From Octopus bimaculoides (lineage: Eukaryota): DNA of 39,502 nt. Positions 35,012-39,502 of this stretch are shown in pieces. A program made the translations under genes and the position numbers. The DNA lies in NCBI RefSeq assembly GCF_001194135.2, contig NC_069002.1, forward strand, positions 19,444,486 through 19,483,987. Direction: 5' to 3'. Under the pieces are notes generated by a model, which saw only the letters and a program-made list of their open reading frames with translations, was not told the DNA's origin and made no database searches. Numbering within the stretch: the stretch's first letter is position 1; every line of letters starts with the position of its first letter.

Positions 35012-37023
35012 CTTGACTACCGGTCGTGTGCGCTGACTACTTCCGGTAGACCCGAAGAACAGAGTGGACGGGAGTTTTTCAACTCCGTCCAATATTGAAC
35101 TATTGAGAAGTCAGCCGAGGTAGGTGGAATTGTTTGTTTTTTTTTCAGCTGGGTGAGAATTATTGTTGTACATATTTTTTCACAGTAAATTTCGCGCAGA
35201 TCTGGGCAATTTCGTCTACTCTCGGCGGCTACTGTGCTGTGATATTGTATTTTATTTTGGGGCCGTATCCGCCCGAAGAATTGTGAAGAAATTTTGGATT
35301 GTACTATTGAGAATTCGCTGACGGCCTGGAGTACCTGTAGGCCGGGACTATTGTGTTTTTTGCTGCGTTTCTGCCGTGTGAACTATTATTTTCTTTTCTT
35401 TCTATCTGTGAACTGTGTTTAGTTTCTCTTCGTCTATATTTTGGTTGGACTTTCTTAAAACTGGTTCTTTATTTCCTTTTCTTTCTTTTCTTTTGAACTT
35501 TTTGGGACTTATTTTTGGACTTATTTCTTAATTTTTACTGTTGAATATTAACATGGCAAAAAAAAGTGAATCTGTCTGTGTCGAGTGGGAGGTCGACCCA
35601 CCCAAATAGTGGATAGAAAGCCTTGAGAAGAGGACGGTGGCACTGCGAACCTTTTCTAGGTCGCCTGATGCCATCGTTCCCTTCGAAAAGGAAATAATTG
35701 AAAAAGAGCTGGCAAGTTGTTTGCCAGCTAATAATTATTTCATCTCCAGGGGAGTCAAATACGCGACGGTGTGGTTGCTGTTTGACTCCCCCCAAGAGGC
35801 TGGCATTGTGGCCAGCCAGCCCCTGCAGGGGGAGGAGATTTTATTTCTCCCCGCCTATTGTGGGAGAAAAGTTATTAGAGCCTGGGTATGTGGGCTGCCC
35901 TCGGGCACCGAAGCTGGGTGGATTGCAAATGCCATTCGACAGGGCTTGGGAGACAGTGGGCCCAGGCTCTTAAATGTTAAAATGACGCCTCCGGTCAGCT
36001 GGGAGGGCGCACAGGCAATTCTAACCTTGTGGACTCCAGTGACCGCAGGAAATATGTGCTTTCCGGGTTTTCTGAAAATGGCCGACTCCAGGTACCAGGT
36101 GAAACTTGAGGGACACTCCCCTCCCAAGTGACACCAATGCCTGGAGCCTGACCCTATCAGGAAGAACTGCTCCCAGGGTCGTGGAAATGCAATGGAGCAG
36201 AAAAAGGAAAACATGTCCGCCGCCCCCCCATTGGAGGGGGAGACGGAGAAAGTCGTGGAGGTTGCTGCCTCCAGAAAGAGAAAGATGAAACGCAGGTTGC
36301 GGAGGAGGAGGGGGACTCCTCGGGCGTGCTGATGGAGGCCTCGACCCTGCAACCAGTAAAAGGGAGAAACAAGGAAAAGAGAAACGGGAGACGGTCGGTG
36401 GACGTGCTGCCGACCGAGCCCGTGGCCCCTCCGATGGGAGGTGTGCCACCATGGCGGGAAGCTCTGTTGGTGGGAATTGTGCCACAGACATAGCATGACG
36501 CAGTCCCTCCCAGTGAAGAGGAGGAGGAGATTGTCCTCTGTTACCTCAAGGGAGGGCCTGTGTGACAGTATTTGGATAGCGTTTTTAAAAGGCAACGGCA
36601 TGACTCGGTCCTCATAGACCACCCATGATGGCCTCCGCAGGTATGTGCGGAGGTCATAAATTATAGTGAAAAAGCAAAAATAGAAACAGCTTGTGACAAG
36701 GAGGACTTTGCCTCCATTGATCCGGGCCAACCAATGCAGGATTTCCTGCAGGCAACAGGATACTTGCTTGGTGGCCCGGATGATGAAGATTAATGTGTTA
36801 AATTTTTTGATTTATTTGTATTGAACTATATTGAATGTATTGAACAATGTTTTCGAGGGGTTATCGGTCGGCGGGCGCCGGTACCCCTTCCATCTTTATT
36901 TTATCGTTTTGTTATCACTCTCATCTCATCAATGTCTGTGTCCAGCACGCAACTACTTTATGTCCGTCTGTCCTTGTTCGTCCCCTCTTTGTAAGGCCTT
37001 AATGACCAATATTTAATGAAATA
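35012..37023 (+). mobile_element. ORF1-only (HAL1-like) non-autonomous L1/Tx1-type retroelement with 15-bp TSD
   Basis: AAGTAGCTTGCTTAC at 34997-35011 and 37024-37038; ~540-nt 5' UTR, one decayed ORF and ~230-nt 3' UTR ending in an A-rich aatgaaata; no RT or endonuclease motifs seen. Confidence 0.8.
35553..36793 (+). pseudogene. Decayed LINE ORF1 (gag-like nucleic-acid-binding protein with CCHC zinc knuckle), about 410 codons
   Basis: ATG 35553 is in frame with the tracked ORF 35637-36131 through a TAG at 35607. The frame continues K*HQCLEPDPIRKNC, a degenerate C-X2-C-X4-H-X4-C. An acidic/basic low-complexity tail follows after one frameshift, ending at TAA 36791-36793. Confidence 0.72.
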
Positions 37024-37164
37024 AAGTAGCTTGCTTACGAACCACATGGTTCCGGTTTCAGTCCCACTACTTGGCACCTTCGGCAAGTGTCTTCTACTAT
37101 AGCCTCGGGCCGACCGAAAACTTGTGAGTGTATTTGGTAGACGGAAACTGAAAGAAGCCCGTCG

Positions 37165-37195
<31 letters not shown>

Positions 37196-37201
37196 GTGTA
37201 G

Positions 37202-37242
<41 letters not shown>
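37024..37242 (+). mobile_element. SINE family A continuation after the insertion, running into a microsatellite and a gap
   Basis: aagtagcttgcttacgaaccacatggttccggtttcagtcccact..ggcaccttcggcaagtgtcttctactatagcctcgggccgacc..gaagcccgtcgt. Confidence 0.92.
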
Positions 37243-37709
37243 NNNNNNNNNNNNNNNNNNNNNNNNNNNNNNNNNNNNNNNNNNNNNNNNNNNNNNNNNN
37301 NNNNNNNNNNNNNNNNNNNNNNNNNNNNNNNNNNNNNNNNNNNNNNNNNNNNNNNNNNNNNNNNNNNNNNNNNNNNNNNNNNNNNNNNNNNNNNNNNNNN
37401 NNNNNNNNNNNNNNNNNNNNNNNNNNNNNNNNNNNNNNNNNNNNNNNNNNNNNNNNNNNNNNNNNNNNNNNNNNNNNNNNNNNNNNNNNNNNNNNNNNNN
37501 NNNNNNNNNNNNNNNNNNNNNNNNNNNNNNNNNNNNNNNNNNNNNNNNNNNNNNNNNNNNNNNNNNNNNNNNNNNNNNNNNNNNNNNNNNNNNNNNNNNN
37601 NNNNNNNNNNNNNNNNNNNNNNNNNNNNNNNNNNNNNNNNNNNNNNNNNNNNNNNNNNNNNNNNNNNNNNNNNNNNNNNNNNNNNNNNNNNNNNNNNNNN
37701 NNNNNNNNA

Positions 37710-38076
37710 TTATGTGTGTAGCTTCAGTAATTTGTCTAAGTGCTGCATCACTGCTATGTGTAGATAAGATTTTAATTTCTATGTTGTTGATTGAGCCTCT
37801 ATGTTCTTGCTCAGCGTGCTGGTACAGAACTGATGAGTTCTTCCCTTCCTTAAGTTCCCTCCAATGTTCGTTTGCCCGCTCCTCTATGCTCCTTGCTGTT
37901 TCGCCTACATATGTCATTGTCTTATTTCTGCATCGTCCCTCTGTACATCTTATACTATAGACCACATTTCTGGTTTTGCAGTTCGTTTGTGGGCTAAATC
38001 TACATACGATACAGTTCCTATCAGTGCAGGGGCTTCTACTGAAAGGGTATGTTCTACTGATAAGGAATTGTTTCAT
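37710..38076 (-). pseudogene. Second PLE GIY-YIG endonuclease fragment (Cys/His-rich Penelope/Neptune-like pattern), truncated by a gap
   Basis: C..RNCIVC..NCKTRNVVYSIRC..C..TYVGETARSIEERANEH..SVLYQHAEQEH..KIL..RQITEA. Confidence 0.87.
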
Positions 38077-38084
38077 GGTAGGCT

Positions 38085-38255
38085 TTTACCAACATTTCGT
38101 CCGTGTCTACGTTCTGAGTTTAAATTCCGCCGATGTTGACTTTGCCTTTAATCCTGCCAGCATGGATAAAATAAGTACCAGATGAATACTGGGATCGATG
38201 TAATCAACTTATTCCCTTCCCCCAAAGTGCCGGTTTTGTGCCAAAATTTGAAATC
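38085..38255 (+). mobile_element. SINE family B, 5'-truncated
   Basis: catttcgtccgtgtctacgttctgagtttaaattccgccgatgttgactttgcctt..gataaaataagtaccag..ttgtgccaaaatttgaaa. Confidence 0.87.
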
Positions 38256-38544
38256 AATATTATTCTTTGCATTATATTTTCAAACAATCTCATTCTTTAC
38301 TTATTTTTTCATGTTCTTTTGGTATTTTCTTTATTTTTCTTGTATTTTTCTCACTATATTTCTATATTGTATTATTTTCTTTTTATTTACTGTCAGTGTC
38401 TTTGGCCCATGTTTTCGATTCATCGTCGTCTTTTAGACGTTTAGTTGCTATGCACATGTGTGTTGTTTGTGTGTGAGTTTGTGTGTATGGATATATACAT
38501 ATATCTATACGTGCTTACATATATATATCTATTAACATTTAGCT

Positions 38545-38730
38545 TTTACTTGTCTCAGTGATTTAACCGCAGCCTTGAAGGCTTTTAGTCGAACAAATAC
38601 ACACTAGGACTTAATTCTGAAGCGTAGCACTTATACTATCGCTATCGTTTTGACGAATCGTTAAGTTACGGGGAAGTAAAGATAGCAACACCGGTTGTCA
38701 AGCGGCGGTGGGGGACAAACACAGATACAG
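38545..38730 (-). mobile_element. SINE family A, 3' half
   Basis: Reverse complement of the 17040-17225 tail (ttttacttgtctcagtgatttaaccgcagcc..ccggttgtcaagcg..ggggacaaacacag). Confidence 0.8.
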
Positions 38731-38734
38731 AGCC

Positions 38735-39170
38735 TCCCCTGCCAGTACATAGACTCGTGCTATGTCTGCGGCTCTAAGGATCTTTGAATCTTATTTTTAG
38801 CAAAGTAGGTGCTACAATGCACCCTTAGCCACTATTAGCGACAATTTAATACTTTCCCTTTTGGTTTTATATTGCGACTAGCCACCTTTATTATTTTATT
38901 ATTTCTACATTACCATTCTGAAGAATCAGCCATTTATTCTAATGGTATAATCTATATAATGACGGATTGTATTTGACTTAACTATTAGTGATGGAGTAGT
39001 ACAACTGATGAGCTTTAACTTCAAGCGAAATTTGGCTTGACAATATAATACCCACTCTTGCACTGGAACAATTAACTCTCCTGTCAGTACATAGACTTGT
39101 ACTATGTTCGTGATTATAAGGGACTTTGACTTTTGTGTCTAGCAATGTAGTTGCTACCATGCACCTTTGT
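38735..39170 (+). mobile_element. Probable PLE-terminal-repeat-like insert nested in a SINE, with ~95-bp direct repeats and a hammerhead core
   Basis: 38735-38825 is similar to 39078-39168 (cagtacatagact.gt.ctatgt; agcaa.gtag.tgctac.atgcacc). CTGATGA-GCTT-loop-AAGC-GAAA lies at 39005-39030. Confidence 0.5.
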
Positions 39171-39186
39171 TATATATCTATATACG

Positions 39187-39332
39187 CGACGGGCTACTTT
39201 CAGTTTCCGTCGACCAAATTCACTCACGAGGCTTTTATCAACCTGAGGCTATAGTGGAGACTAGCACAATGTGGGACTGAAACCGGAACCATGTGGCTGA
39301 GAAGCAATCTTCTTACCACATAGCCATGCCTG
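39187..39332 (-). mobile_element. SINE family A, 5' half
   Basis: cgacgggctactttcagtttccgtcgaccaaattcactcac..gggactgaaaccggaaccatgtgg..cttaccacatagccatgcctg. Confidence 0.87.
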
Positions 39333-39399
39333 AAAATATTTTTCTTCAACAAGAATGAATAATACAAATGCAAGAACTACAAAGTAACGTAAAATCAGT

Positions 39400-39471
39400 T
39401 TTATATATGTATATATATGTATATATATATTTGTATATATATATATATATATATATATGCATACATACATA

Positions 39472-39502
<31 letters not shown>
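39400..39502. repeat. (TA)n-rich microsatellite
   Basis: Direct reading. Confidence 0.95.

Noticed and set aside
36129-36131. In-frame TGA at the first Cys position of the zinc knuckle, raising selenocysteine recoding
   Set aside because: The same ORF also has TAG stops, a His-to-Pro change and a frameshift, so ordinary decay explains it. No SECIS was recognised.
35855-36730. 291-aa minus-strand ORF
   Set aside because: Antisense shadow of the GC-rich ORF1; no recognisable motifs.
3-39470. Dozens of ORFs made of CV/YI/HT/RE/SL repeats, homopolymeric runs or X runs
   Set aside because: Translations of microsatellites and N gaps; no coding evidence.

Overview
Repeat-saturated, AT-rich animal genomic scaffold with many N gaps. 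The SINE families and microsatellite load suggest an octopus-type cephalopod, which is my inference. I can support no host protein-coding gene, rRNA, tRNA gene or CRISPR array, and most ORFs in the track are microsatellite or gap artefacts. The window holds: (1) many copies of tRNA-derived SINEs from three families; (2) five R4/Dong-like non-LTR retrotransposon fragments from three families, sitting in (TAA)n or (CATA)n microsatellites; (3) Penelope-like element (PLE) remnants with two different GIY-YIG endonucleases; (4) a decayed mariner transposase; (5) two long inverted-repeat elements and a 17-bp minisatellite. Two observations stand out. First, there are three well-formed type-I hammerhead ribozyme motifs with palindromic stem III (minus 28901-28995, plus 2118-2201, minus 1109-1191), plus a fourth bare core at 39005-39030. 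Second, a 2.0-kb element at 35012-37023 encodes only an L1/Tx1-type ORF1 (no RT), is bounded by a perfect 15-bp target-site duplication (TSD), and sits inside the tRNA-like head of a SINE. This matches a 'half-L1' architecture and may be SINE/tRNA-targeted.
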